From positions 147-64,146 of the forward strand of contig CAWCMO010000022.1 of NCBI GenBank assembly GCA_963796535.1: DNA of 64,000 bases, read 5' to 3'. The notes beneath the pieces are model-generated. The model ran no database searches, had not been told where the DNA came from, and saw only the letters and a list, made by a program, of their open reading frames with translations. This stretch comes from an uncultured Acidobacteriaceae bacterium. GTDB taxonomy: Bacteria; Acidobacteriota; Terriglobia; Terriglobales; Acidobacteriaceae. Positions 50,970-60,126 of the stretch are shown here, piece after piece. Positions within the stretch are counted from its first letter, which is position 1. Every line of letters begins with the position of its first letter. The position numbers and the translations under genes are program-made.

Positions 50970-51503
50970 CTAGTTGCCCGTCAGCTTTTCCGTGAGTCCC
51001 GGAATCCGCGCCTGCGCCATCACTGCCGCCGTGCCGCTCATCCCATCCGGCTGCACCACCTGTCCCGGCTGCGGTGTGTCGAGTCCCAGCTGCTTCGCAA
51101 TCTTGTCAATCCGGCCCGGATCGCTTAACTGCGCCTCGGTCAGCTCCAGTTGCCGATTCTTCTCCTGCAACTGCGCCACCGCCGTCTTCTGCGCCTCTAC
51201 CCGGTAGCCCACTTCAATCGCCGAAAAGTGCTGCCACACATACACCATCGTCAACAGAAAAAACATCGTCATCGCGATCGTGAAGCTGCGCATCTCCTTG
51301 CGCCGCTCTGGATCATCCGCCTTCACAATCCGGCTGTTGTCGATGTGCTTGGCGAAAAACATCTCAGGCGTCGGTCCACGACGGCGCGCGCGCTGCTGCT
51401 CGAACAGCTCGCGGTTCCGCTCAGCGACACTCGCCCCGCGCCGCACGCTGGGCCTCGCCTGCATCTCCGCCATCTCTTGTCCGCCAATCGCCATCGTCGC
51501 CAT
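50970..51503 (-). CDS. ftsL: Cell division protein FtsL
   Basis: Single TM, coiled coil and LSDPGRIDKIAKQLGL; lies between rsmH and ftsI; GGAGG RBS. Confidence 0.85.
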   Translation of the reverse strand: MATMAIGGQEMAEMQARPSVRRGASVAERNRELFEQQRARRRGPTPEMFFAKHIDNSRIVKADDPERRKEMRSFTIAMTMFFLLTMVYVWQHFSAIEVGYRVEAQKTAVAQLQEKNRQLELTEAQLSDPGRIDKIAKQLGLDTPQPGQVVQPDGMSGTAAVMAQARIPGLTEKLTGN

Positions 51504-51661
51504 CGCGCATCCTCCGCCTTGCAATCTCAAACTCTTCATCCCTTTTCCCCGACTCGCTTTGCGAGTGCAACCCGGGCCGGGGTTGCTGATGGGGGAAGGG
51601 AATTTTGAAACATTGGTTGTCTTTCGCCTGAAAGCACGGCAGGACAACCCCGGCCCGATCT

Positions 51662-52588
51662 CTAAAACCTTTTGTACTTCTTCGCTGAGCTCTTCTCAAT
51701 CCGCTCAGCCGCTCTCAACTTCGCGCTTCTTGATCTTGGATTTCTCAGCGCTTCTTGTTCAATCGCCGTCACTGGCTTCTTCGTCAAAATCTCCAACTCG
51801 CCCAGCCTCGCGCTCTCGCGAAAACTGTCCTTCACCAGCCGGTCCTCCAACGAGTGAAAGCTAATCATCACCACTCGCCCGCCCGGCTTCAGCAGAGACC
51901 CCGCGCTTTTCAGCAGCGTTTGAATCTCGCCCAGCTCATCATTCACGCGAATTCGAAGTGCCTGGAAAGTCTTGGTCGCCGGATGTAAATGATCGCCTTT
52001 TATTGGCGGGGCAACGGCCGATATCACTCGAGCAAGTTCTGCTGTCGTCGATAACGGCCGCGCCCGCACAATAGCTCTGGCGATTCTCCGCGACCTCCTT
52101 TCCTCTCCGAATTCGTAAATCAGGTTGGCGAGATCTTCTTCGTCCGCCTGATTTACCACTTGTTCGGCCGTCAACCCTTTGCGCGTATCCATCCGCATGT
52201 CTAAAGGGCCATCCGACCGGAAACTAAAACCTCTGTGCGCTTCATCCAGCTGCATGCTGCTCACGCCAAAATCTGCAAGCAGCCCATCCAGCGTGCCCGG
52301 CGAGATCACCTCGGCAATCTCTGAGAACGGCCGCCCCACAAATTCAACCGTGGGCATCTCGCCTCCCAGCTCCGAAGCCAATCCCGCCAGCCTCGCTTTG
52401 GCCAACTCCATTGCCTGCTCATCGCGATCGAAGCAGATCAACCTGCCCGACCCTCCAAGCCTCTTTGCAATTGCCAAAGAGTGGCCGCCAAACCCGAGCG
52501 TGCAATCAACCATCACGCCGCCCGCGCGCACATTCAGAAAGTTCAAACTCTCTTCCAAAAGAACCGGTACATGTTGCGGTTCAGCCAT
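51662..52588 (-). CDS. rsmH: 16S rRNA m4C1402 methyltransferase
   Basis: HVPVLL, DCTLGFGGHS, GVSSMQLD, FQALRI and NPRSRSAKLR motifs. Confidence 0.98.
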   Translation of the reverse strand: MAEPQHVPVLLEESLNFLNVRAGGVMVDCTLGFGGHSLAIAKRLGGSGRLICFDRDEQAMELAKARLAGLASELGGEMPTVEFVGRPFSEIAEVISPGTLDGLLADFGVSSMQLDEAHRGFSFRSDGPLDMRMDTRKGLTAEQVVNQADEEDLANLIYEFGEERRSRRIARAIVRARPLSTTAELARVISAVAPPIKGDHLHPATKTFQALRIRVNDELGEIQTLLKSAGSLLKPGGRVVMISFHSLEDRLVKDSFRESARLGELEILTKKPVTAIEQEALRNPRSRSAKLRAAERIEKSSAKKYKRF

Positions 52589-52627
52589 GCCATCCGCCTC
52601 ATGCGCCCCACTCAGGGGCTTTCAAAC

Positions 52628-53065
52628 CTAAATTCCTGCCGCTCCCAACGCATCCATATCTGCGTCCGTCAGCGGATTCTCCTCAAGCGACGCCTTGTGC
52701 TTCTTGTCATCGGCGACCGCCAGGTACGTCTGCATTCCCAGCACCGCAACATCGCTTGCCAGCGTCGCAGCCTCGCGCAGCAACTGCGGAATCAACAACC
52801 TTCCCTGCGCGTCCATCTCCACTACCTGGCCGTAATAGTTCGTCACGTCCAGAAACTTCTTCTTCGCAGCGCTCGAAGGTGCCTTCGCCAGCGCATCCTC
52901 AATCCGCTCCCATTCCTTCATCGGGTACAGCTCAGCCCGCTTCCCGTCCTTGCTGGTAATAAAAAACTGCGGCCCATACAGCTCATCCACACGGCGCTTG
53001 AAGTCAGCCGGGATCTTTAACCGGCCCTTCTCATCAACACGCGCTGGGTGATTGCCGCGAAACAT
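52628..53065 (-). CDS. mraZ: Division/cell wall cluster repressor MraZ
   Basis: MFRG, DEKGRLKIP and DAQGRLLIP motifs. Confidence 0.96.
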   Translation of the reverse strand: MFRGNHPARVDEKGRLKIPADFKRRVDELYGPQFFITSKDGKRAELYPMKEWERIEDALAKAPSSAAKKKFLDVTNYYGQVVEMDAQGRLLIPQLLREAATLASDVAVLGMQTYLAVADDKKHKASLEENPLTDADMDALGAAGI

Positions 53066-53184
53066 TTCAAAACCTCATCCCGAAAACCGAACCAAAACCC
53101 GAAGGGTACCTGCCCGAAGACTCACTACCAGCCTTGTTTTGCCGTACGATCAACTCAGATTCGGGCTGTCGTCGACTGTTTTGA

Positions 53185-53210
53185 CCACTTTGTTCCACTT
53201 CGTTCCACTA
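53185..53210 (-). promoter_or_regulatory. MraZ binding repeats
   Basis: Three AGTGG units at a 10-bp period on the minus strand upstream of mraZ. Confidence 0.8.
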
Positions 53211-53279
53211 AGAATGTAGTGTAAGACGCTGGATAGCAAGCGAAATCTCAGGGTTCCGTTCCCGGTTTTCCGAAGGAAA

Positions 53280-53334
53280 TGTGGAAAATCCACCATCTAG
53301 TGGATATTTAGTCCCTCACCCCTACATCTTGTGT
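53280..53334. promoter_or_regulatory. DnaA box plus tandem NrdR-like boxes
   Basis: TGTGGAAAA (53280-53288); ATCCACCATCTAGTGG (53288-53303) and CCCCTACATCTTGTGT (53319-53334), 31 bp apart. Confidence 0.6.
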
Positions 53335-53413
53335 TATCTCGAATGATTCGCCCCACCTTGGGTACTTGTCAGCCCATTCCGCTTGTTGTAAGCGAAATAA
53401 AAGCGAAAATCCC

Positions 53414-53947
53414 CTACCCCTGGCCGTCCCCGCCGTACGTCACGCTCTCATCCTGCCGCCGCTTTTTCAGAATCCACACCAGGTACAGCAGCACCGCCAG
53501 GTTGATCACCAGCAGCACTACCTTGTACGGCGAATACCTCTCCATCAGCTCATAGCTCTCCCACGGCAAACCCATCGACGTCAGGATCACCGTGAAGTAC
53601 TCGGCCCAGCGTTTCTCCAGGATCAACCCCGTACCTTCCACCACGCAGACCATCGCATACAGGAACGACAAGATCCCCGCCCTCTTTAGCGCCGAAGGCT
53701 GGATAAGTCCCGCATGCTCCATCAATATCCCGACAAAGTGCCGCTCCGGATCGATCCGCAGCGCGTCGATCACGCGCAATAAGACGTCGCTGATGTTCTT
53801 GTTCATCAGGTCCAGCGCACCCGCGCCGACAGCGGTAAAGAAGATCGCTTTGCTCAGCTTGAAGATCCCCACCAGCAGCAGCCCGCGCTCGTGGCCAACG
53901 CGCGCCAACGCCACCCTGATCCGCGATTGATCACCTCTCTCGTGCAT
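53414..53947 (-). CDS. DUF2127-like membrane protein
   Basis: GLLLVGIFKLSK, VEGTGL...RWAEYFT, LPWESYEL and INLAVLLYL motifs. Confidence 0.8.
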   Translation of the reverse strand: MHERGDQSRIRVALARVGHERGLLLVGIFKLSKAIFFTAVGAGALDLMNKNISDVLLRVIDALRIDPERHFVGILMEHAGLIQPSALKRAGILSFLYAMVCVVEGTGLILEKRWAEYFTVILTSMGLPWESYELMERYSPYKVVLLVINLAVLLYLVWILKKRRQDESVTYGGDGQG

Positions 53948-54347
53948 TCTTCCTCGAAACTCCCGTTGCTTACCCATACGCTTGCTTCAGTTGACGGTCG
54001 CCCTGCCCCTTTGTCAATGCACCCGAACCACAACCGCACACCCCTTCGTCACTCTGCTCCCCCGTGCGTCTTCCCTTTGATTCCCTCTAGCGCTCTACGC
54101 ACCGAACAATTTTCAGCTCTTTAGTCCACGCGCTCAAACCGCAGCTCTTTCTCCCTCCCGCGACCACTGCGAATAGCCCCACAATTAATTGTCGCCGTCC
54201 GCGCAAGACCAATCCACTTGCAACTGACCAGCGTAGATAGGATGTGCGTCTCCGCGAAACAGCGAGACCAAACAACAGACATTGTTCCTCACCTTGACCT
54301 ATCGGCACCAACGATCTTCAGCAACAACCTTTGAAAGGGAAAACAAA

Positions 54348-54905
54348 ATGAAGAAGTCTCTGATCACCCTCGTGGCAAGCGCAGCGCTCGCCATTACCTC
54401 CTTCGCAGCCAACGCCCAGATGAAGGACCCCACCGTCGGCGGCGCCGAAATGTTCCCCACCAAGAACATCGTCGAGAACGCCGTAAACTCGCCCATCCAC
54501 AAGACCCTCGTCGCCGCCGTCAAGGCTGCAGGCCTGGTCGACACCCTCGAAGGCCCTGGCCCCTTCACGGTCTTCGCCCCCACGGACGACGCCTTCGCCA
54601 AACTCCCCGCAGGCACCGTCGACAACCTCGTCAAGCCTGAGAACAAAGACACCCTCGTCAAGATCCTCACCTACCACGTCGTCCCCGGCGCCATCACGAC
54701 CAAGGACCTCAAGGAGTGGATCAAGAAGGGCAATGGCAGCTACATGGCAAAGACAGTGCAAGGTGGAAGCCTCACCTTCACCGACCACATGGGCCACATC
54801 GTGATCACCGACGAGAAGGGTGGCAAGGCAGAGATCACCACCGCCAACGTCATTCAGTCCAACGGCGTCATCCAGGTCATCAACGCCGTCCTGATGCCCA
54901 ACTAA
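54348..54905 (+). CDS. Secreted fasciclin (FAS1) domain protein
   Basis: [20 protein letters not shown] and [14 protein letters not shown] motifs. Confidence 0.95.
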   Translation: MKKSLITLVASAALAITSFAANAQMKDPTVGGAEMFPTKNIVENAVNSPIHKTLVAAVKAAGLVDTLEGPGPFTVFAPTDDAFAKLPAGTVDNLVKPENKDTLVKILTYHVVPGAITTKDLKEWIKKGNGSYMAKTVQGGSLTFTDHMGHIVITDEKGGKAEITTANVIQSNGVIQVINAVLMPN

Positions 54906-54933
54906 CCTCACCTAGCGCAACATTTCTCCAACC

Positions 54934-54964
54934 GACGATGGCGTCCTTGAGGACGCCATCGTTT
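54934..54964 (+). terminator. Hairpin terminator
   Basis: ACGATGGCGTCCT-TG-AGGACGCCATCGTTT. Confidence 0.75.
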
Positions 54965-55022
54965 CGTAGCCGGTTTCCATCTTCGGCATTCCTCTCGTCT
55001 TCGCTTCTGCATTTGCCGTTGT

Positions 55023-55172
55023 CTTTCTTTCTGTCATTCCCTTCGGGAATCTGCTTCTGCTCTTGCTGGTTTGAATCGCAGCCCAAGCGCAAACACGCGC
55101 CCCTATTTTCGCGTTTGTTTTTCTCATGACAATTTCTTCCAGAAATTGTCATTCCGAGCGAAGCGAGGAACC
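55023..55172 (+). repeat. GTCATTCCC copy 6 plus a GACAATTTCT/AGAAATTGTCATTCCGAGCGAAGCGAG element
   Basis: Palindrome at 55023-55058; 55128-55172 matches 59487-59533. Confidence 0.85.
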
Positions 55173-55216
55173 GGTCGTCTCCCGTACTTCCCCACCCCCC
55201 GATACACTCACAAAGA

Positions 55217-55744
55217 ATGCGTCTCCACTTCCAAACGGAACAGCGTCTGCCCTACCCCATCGAGCAAGTCTTCGCCTTCTTCGCCGACCCAACCAATCTC
55301 CCCCGCCTCATGCCCGCCTGGCAGCACGCGCGCATCGAGCGCGCCATCTATGTCTCGCCGCCCCCGCCACCCGATCCCTTCCCCGGCTCCTACCGGGTCA
55401 CCGCCGGCACAGGCACGCGCCTCACCCTCACCATTCGCCCCATCCCGTTCTCTCCCATCCGCCTAACCTGGGACGCCCTCATCGAAGACTTCCGCTGGCT
55501 CGAAGGCTTCTGCGACATCCAGCTCCGCGGCCCTTTCAAATACTGGCACCACTGCCACACCGTCCGACCCCACCGCAGCGGCACCCTCCTCCAAGATGTC
55601 GTCGAGTACGAACTCCCTCTAGGCCCCCTCGGTCTACTAGCAGACAAGCTCTTCGTCCACCGCCAGCTCGCCGCCACCTTCACCTACCGCCACCGCCGCA
55701 CCCTGGAGCTCCTCGCCCTCGAAACCACCCAGCAACCCCTCTAA
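55217..55744 (+). CDS. SRPBCC family protein
   Basis: VFAFFADPTNLPRLMP, GPFKYWHHCH and DVVEYELPLG motifs. Confidence 0.88.
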   Translation: MRLHFQTEQRLPYPIEQVFAFFADPTNLPRLMPAWQHARIERAIYVSPPPPPDPFPGSYRVTAGTGTRLTLTIRPIPFSPIRLTWDALIEDFRWLEGFCDIQLRGPFKYWHHCHTVRPHRSGTLLQDVVEYELPLGPLGLLADKLFVHRQLAATFTYRHRRTLELLALETTQQPL

Positions 55745-57621
55745 CGCGTTAAAACCCCAACCGCCCGCTTCAAAAACGGCCGCGCCCTCTCCATCGCCGC
55801 CTCTGCCGTCAGCCCGTACTTCGCGCGCAGCGCCTCCACCTTCCCATGCTCAATGAACGCATCCGGCCACCCCACCCTTACCACCGGAACCTCCATCGAA
55901 TGCGCATTCAAACACTCCAGCACGGCCGACCCAAACCCACCCGCCAGCACATGGTCCTCCATCGTCACCAGCAACTCACACCGCGAACCATACCGCACAA
56001 CACACTCTTCGTCGATCGGCTTGGCGAACCGCGCATTGATCACCGCAACGCTGTGACCCTCGGCCTCCAACAGCTTCGCCAGCCGATCCGCCTCGGCAAC
56101 CATTGCGCCCAGAGCGAAGATCGCAACATCGCGCCCATCCCGCAACACCTCAGCCTTGCCAATCTCCAGTGCCACCGGCCGCGCCTTCACCTCAACGCCC
56201 GTCCCAATCCCCCGCGGATACCGAATCGCGCTCGGCCCCTCATGCTCCAGCGCCGTAAACATCATGTCCTGCAACTCGTCCTCATCCATCGGATCCATAT
56301 GGATCAAATTCGGCACGCCCCGCAGATAGCTGATGTCGAATAGCCCGTGATGCGTCGGCCCGTCATCGCCGCTCAGACCGCCGCGATCCATGCAGAACAC
56401 CACCGGAAGATTCTGCAGCGCGACATCATGCACCACCTGGTCAAACGCCCGCTGCAAGAACGTCGAGTAGATCGCGCAGAATGGCCGATATCCCTTGGTC
56501 GCCATCCCCGCGGCAAACAACACCGCATGCTCCTCCGCAATCCCCACGTCGAAGTACCGTGTCGGATGGTGCGGCCGAAATAAATCCAGCGCGGTCCCAT
56601 TCGGCATAGCCGCCGTAATCGCGACCACCTTGTCATTTTGATTCGCAAGCTTCGTCAGGCTCTCCGCAAACACCTCCGAGTAGGTCTTCTGCCCCGTCGA
56701 CTTCGTAGCTCCCGTCTCAGGATCAAACGACCCCAGCCCATGAAACTTCTTCTGCTGCTCCATCGCCGGCTGGAACCCTCGGCCTTTCTGCGTCAGCGCA
56801 TGCAGCACCACTGGCCGCTTCTGCTTCTTCAGGAACTTGAACGTCTCAATCAGCATCGGCAGATTATGCCCATCCACCGGCCCAAAATAATTCAGCCCAA
56901 ACTCCTCAAAGATCATGCCCCGCCCGACAATCCCCTTAGCCGCCTCTTCCGCCTTGCGCGCAATATGCCTGGCCGCCTTGCCGCCAAACTTCTCCACCAG
57001 CATTGCCGCCCGGTCATGCATGCTCACATACGTCGGGTTGGTCGCAATCTTGTGGAAGTACTCGGCAATTGCCCCAACATTCTTATCAATCGACCACTCG
57101 TTATCATTCAGCACGATGATCATCCGCTTCGTCGACGCCATATTATTCAGCGCCTCGTAGCTGATCCCATTGGTAAACGCCGCATCCCCTGCCAGCGCCA
57201 CAATGTGCTCGTCTCCGCCGCTCATGTCCCGAGCCACGGCCATCCCCAGCGCCGCACTCAGCGCCGTCCCGGCATGCCCCGCCCCAAAGCTGTCGTGCTC
57301 GCTCTCCGTCCGCAGCATAAAGCCATTCAGCCCACCAGGCTGCCGAATCGTCTCAAACTGGCTCTCCCGCCCCGTCAGCAGCTTGTGCACATAGCTCTGG
57401 TGGCTCACGTCGAACACAAAACTATCCCGCGGCGTATCAAACACGTAATGCATCGCGATGGTCAGCTCGACCACCCCAAGGTTCGGCCCGATATGCCCAC
57501 CCGTCTTCGCCACGCCCACGATCAGGCGCTCGCGGATCTCCTCCGCCAGACGCTCCAGCTCCACGAGGCCAAGCTTCTTTACATCCCCCGGCGACTTGAT
57601 CTTGCTTAAATATTCGCTCAT
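55741..57621 (-). CDS. dxs: 1-deoxy-D-xylulose-5-phosphate synthase
   Basis: GGHIGPNLGVVEL, DVSHQSYVHK, GPVDGH, DVGIAEEHA and DGPTHHG motifs. Confidence 0.98.
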   Translation of the reverse strand: MSEYLSKIKSPGDVKKLGLVELERLAEEIRERLIVGVAKTGGHIGPNLGVVELTIAMHYVFDTPRDSFVFDVSHQSYVHKLLTGRESQFETIRQPGGLNGFMLRTESEHDSFGAGHAGTALSAALGMAVARDMSGGDEHIVALAGDAAFTNGISYEALNNMASTKRMIIVLNDNEWSIDKNVGAIAEYFHKIATNPTYVSMHDRAAMLVEKFGGKAARHIARKAEEAAKGIVGRGMIFEEFGLNYFGPVDGHNLPMLIETFKFLKKQKRPVVLHALTQKGRGFQPAMEQQKKFHGLGSFDPETGATKSTGQKTYSEVFAESLTKLANQNDKVVAITAAMPNGTALDLFRPHHPTRYFDVGIAEEHAVLFAAGMATKGYRPFCAIYSTFLQRAFDQVVHDVALQNLPVVFCMDRGGLSGDDGPTHHGLFDISYLRGVPNLIHMDPMDEDELQDMMFTALEHEGPSAIRYPRGIGTGVEVKARPVALEIGKAEVLRDGRDVAIFALGAMVAEADRLAKLLEAEGHSVAVINARFAKPIDEECVVRYGSRCELLVTMEDHVLAGGFGSAVLECLNAHSMEVPVVRVGWPDAFIEHGKVEALRAKYGLTAEAAMERARPFLKRAVGVLTR

Positions 57622-57841
57622 GTTCGAAATCCGTGGGACCCTTCACCTCATGCGTATAGGACGCAATCTGTATCTCTCCAGTGTACCAACCCCCGGCATT
57701 TCCTTGCCCACCCCACCAACACCCCTCCCCTAACCCGTTGCCACCATCAACACCGCCGAATTTTCCCGCCGAGCCTCCCTTTCCGTAACCCCCAAATTCC
57801 AATCCAGATCTTCCCCCCGCCCATGTGTTTTCGCAGTTGTT

Positions 57842-57876
57842 TTTCTTTCTGTCATTCCCCCTGGGAATCTGCTTCT
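57842..57876 (+). repeat. GTCATTCCC palindromic repeat, copy 7
   Basis: TTTCTTTCTGTCATTCCC-CCT-GGGAATCTGCTTCT. Confidence 0.9.
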
Positions 57877-57995
57877 GATCTTTGCCTCTGTTCGCCACGA
57901 ATCTCACTCTCGACGTCCCCGCGAAGCCCCCTCTCTTCGGCGATAGCCCTCTCCAATCCGCGCAGGACTGCAAGACTGGGATTAGTATGGTCGGC

Positions 57996-59123
57996 ATGAA
58001 ACGCCTCTCCCCCGCTCTCGGCCTCGCAACCTTTGTACTCGCCTCCACCGCCCTGTTCCCAACCGCCCGCGCCCAAACCGTTCCCCTCACCCTCCCCCTC
58101 TGGCCCCACGCCACGCCCGAGCCGCCCCAGACCACCGAGCCCGAAACCGACACCACCAAGCCCACCGACAACTTCATCAGCGGCCGTCGCGTCGTCCGCC
58201 TCACCAACGTGACGGTCCCCACCCTCACCGTCTATCCTCCCCACGGCCAGAACACCGGCGCCGCGGTCCTCGTCTTCCCCGGCGGCGGCTACCGCATCCT
58301 CGTAACCGACGGCGAAGGAACCGACGCCTGCCACTGGCTCAACTCCATCGGCATCACCTGCATCCTCGTCAAGTACCGCGTTCCCCAGCCCCCAGGCGAC
58401 GCCGGCCACTATCCTGCCGACCCCTCTGATCTCGAAGACGCCCAGCAAGCCATGCGCCTCACCCGCGCCCACGCCGCTGAGTGGAACATCGATCCCACCC
58501 ACATCGGCGTCATGGGCTTCTCCGCCGGCGCCAACCTCGCCGTCCTCCTCTCCACCCATCCCAACGACGACCACGTCGCCTCCACTCCCGCAGCCCCCGA
58601 CACCAACCCAGCCATCAACGCCCGCGCCGACTTCGCCATCATCGTCTACCCCGCCTACCTCGCCATCCCGCCTGAAAACAAGGAACTCAACCCCACCTAC
58701 GCCCCCAACGAGTTCACCCCTTCCACCTTCCTCATCCAGGCCGAAAACGATCGCAGCTACGGCCGCAACGCCCTCGTCTATTACGGTGCCCTCCTCGACG
58801 CCCACATCCCCGCCGAGCTCCACTATTACGCCACCGGCGGTCATGGCTTCGGCATGCACCCACCCAACGCCCCCGAAGAGGACTGGCCTCACCTGGCCAC
58901 GGCCTGGCTCCGCTCCATCAACATCCTTCCACCCCGCGACGACAATCGCCGCAACAACCGTGGAGCCAGCGACAACGGCGGCACTCCCTCCCCCTGCCCC
59001 ACGCCACAACCACCCGGACCCGGCCGCCCCGCCACCACGCCTCCCATCAACCAACCGTCCCCCAACGCCACCTCCTCATCCACCACCCAACCCAACCCCA
59101 ACTGCTGGTCCACCCAACCCTGA
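57996..59123 (+). CDS. Secreted alpha/beta hydrolase (esterase-like) with a Pro/Thr-rich tail
   Basis: FPGGGY, GFSAG and GGHGFG motifs. Confidence 0.88.
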   Translation: MKRLSPALGLATFVLASTALFPTARAQTVPLTLPLWPHATPEPPQTTEPETDTTKPTDNFISGRRVVRLTNVTVPTLTVYPPHGQNTGAAVLVFPGGGYRILVTDGEGTDACHWLNSIGITCILVKYRVPQPPGDAGHYPADPSDLEDAQQAMRLTRAHAAEWNIDPTHIGVMGFSAGANLAVLLSTHPNDDHVASTPAAPDTNPAINARADFAIIVYPAYLAIPPENKELNPTYAPNEFTPSTFLIQAENDRSYGRNALVYYGALLDAHIPAELHYYATGGHGFGMHPPNAPEEDWPHLATAWLRSINILPPRDDNRRNNRGASDNGGTPSPCPTPQPPGPGRPATTPPINQPSPNATSSSTTQPNPNCWSTQP

Positions 59124-59168
59124 CGGATACCCGCCCCGCCATGCCTTCCTCTCCGTCACCAAAACTCT

Positions 59169-59533
59169 GTCATCTCGACCGGAGCATCACGCACCTGCCT
59201 TTGTGATGCGGGGGTGGAGAGATCCCTGTATTTGCTCTTGCCTTTGCTTCTGCCGTTGCGGTTGCCGTTGCCAGTTTTACGCCGTCATCCTAGAGCGAAG
59301 CGAAGGATCCCTGTATTTGCCTTTGCCTTTGCCTTTGCCTTTGCTCTTTGCCTTGTTGTTGGTTGCCCTTGCCTTTCTTTCTGTCATTCCCTCCGGGAAT
59401 CTGCTTCTTCCTTTGCCCTTGCCCTTGCCTTTCTTTCTGTCATTCCCTCCGGGAATCTGCTTCTTCCTATGCACTTGCCTTTCTTCGACAATTTCTAAAA
59501 GAAATTGTCATTCCGGGCGCAGCGAGCGAACCC
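59169..59533 (+). repeat. Mosaic cluster of GTCAT-tagged palindromes (copies 8 and 9) with TTGCCT hexamer runs
   Basis: Elements at 59169-59232, 59284-59320, 59373-59408, 59429-59464 and 59487-59533. Confidence 0.9.
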
Positions 59534-59661
59534 TCTGTCTCCCGTTCTTGCCCTTGCCTTCCGTCGGAAAGTAGTGGCTTCCGATGGCGTGCGCGTTCTT
59601 CCCATTACCCACCAAAAATAAATCTCCTCGAACCACCCTCAAAAACAACCCAAAATCCGCA

Positions 59662-60086
59662 TGTCAACCCCCCACCACCCACCGAATCCCACAAAACCCC
59701 CACCGCCATTGCCGATTTCTCTCCAACCAACTTGGCATAGTTACCCCCACCCACCCACTACAATTGAACTAGACCCTCACATCGAAACGAATCCAGACCA
59801 AACCCAAAACGGGCCAACGCCCGACAGGATTGGGTAATCGCACACCTTCGTGCCAATCGCCCCTAAAGTCTTTAGATCGTCTCTACCCTTAACCCGTCTG
59901 CATGGCATACCTTACAAGCCAAAAACGCTCTGCGAGAGTGGGGATACTTTCGTACCTAACCCCAACGACGTCCATCACTTACAAGCCAAAACCACTCCTG
60001 GCGACGGTAGTACTTTGGTACTTAAAACCTGCATCGTCTATCACTTACGATCCAAAATTCACTCCATGGGGGGGAGGGGGGTCCCC
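59662..60086 (+). repeat. Long non-coding element, copy B
   Basis: Same motif order as 38811-39127; three TAA-N19-TTA units at a 66-67 bp period. Confidence 0.7.
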
Positions 60087-60126
60087 TGCCGGCGTTCTTC
60101 GCCCGCTGGGGTGAGAGAGGGGTCGC

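Noticed and set aside
48727-50973. Long antisense ORFs (e.g. 748 aa here, 638 aa at 42686, 456 aa at 29142, 405 aa at 991)
   Set aside because: Arg/His/Pro-rich shadow frames opposite well-supported genes, expected at high GC.
59214-59740. Small ORFs with LSFCHSLRES/FLSFP motifs (also near 31150, 42600, 46900 and 55000)
   Set aside because: These are translations of the palindromic repeats, not a protein family.
59889-60060. CRISPR-like 66-67 bp periodicity
   Set aside because: Only three highly degenerate units, similarity extends through the would-be spacers, and there are no cas genes. Treated as part of the long element.
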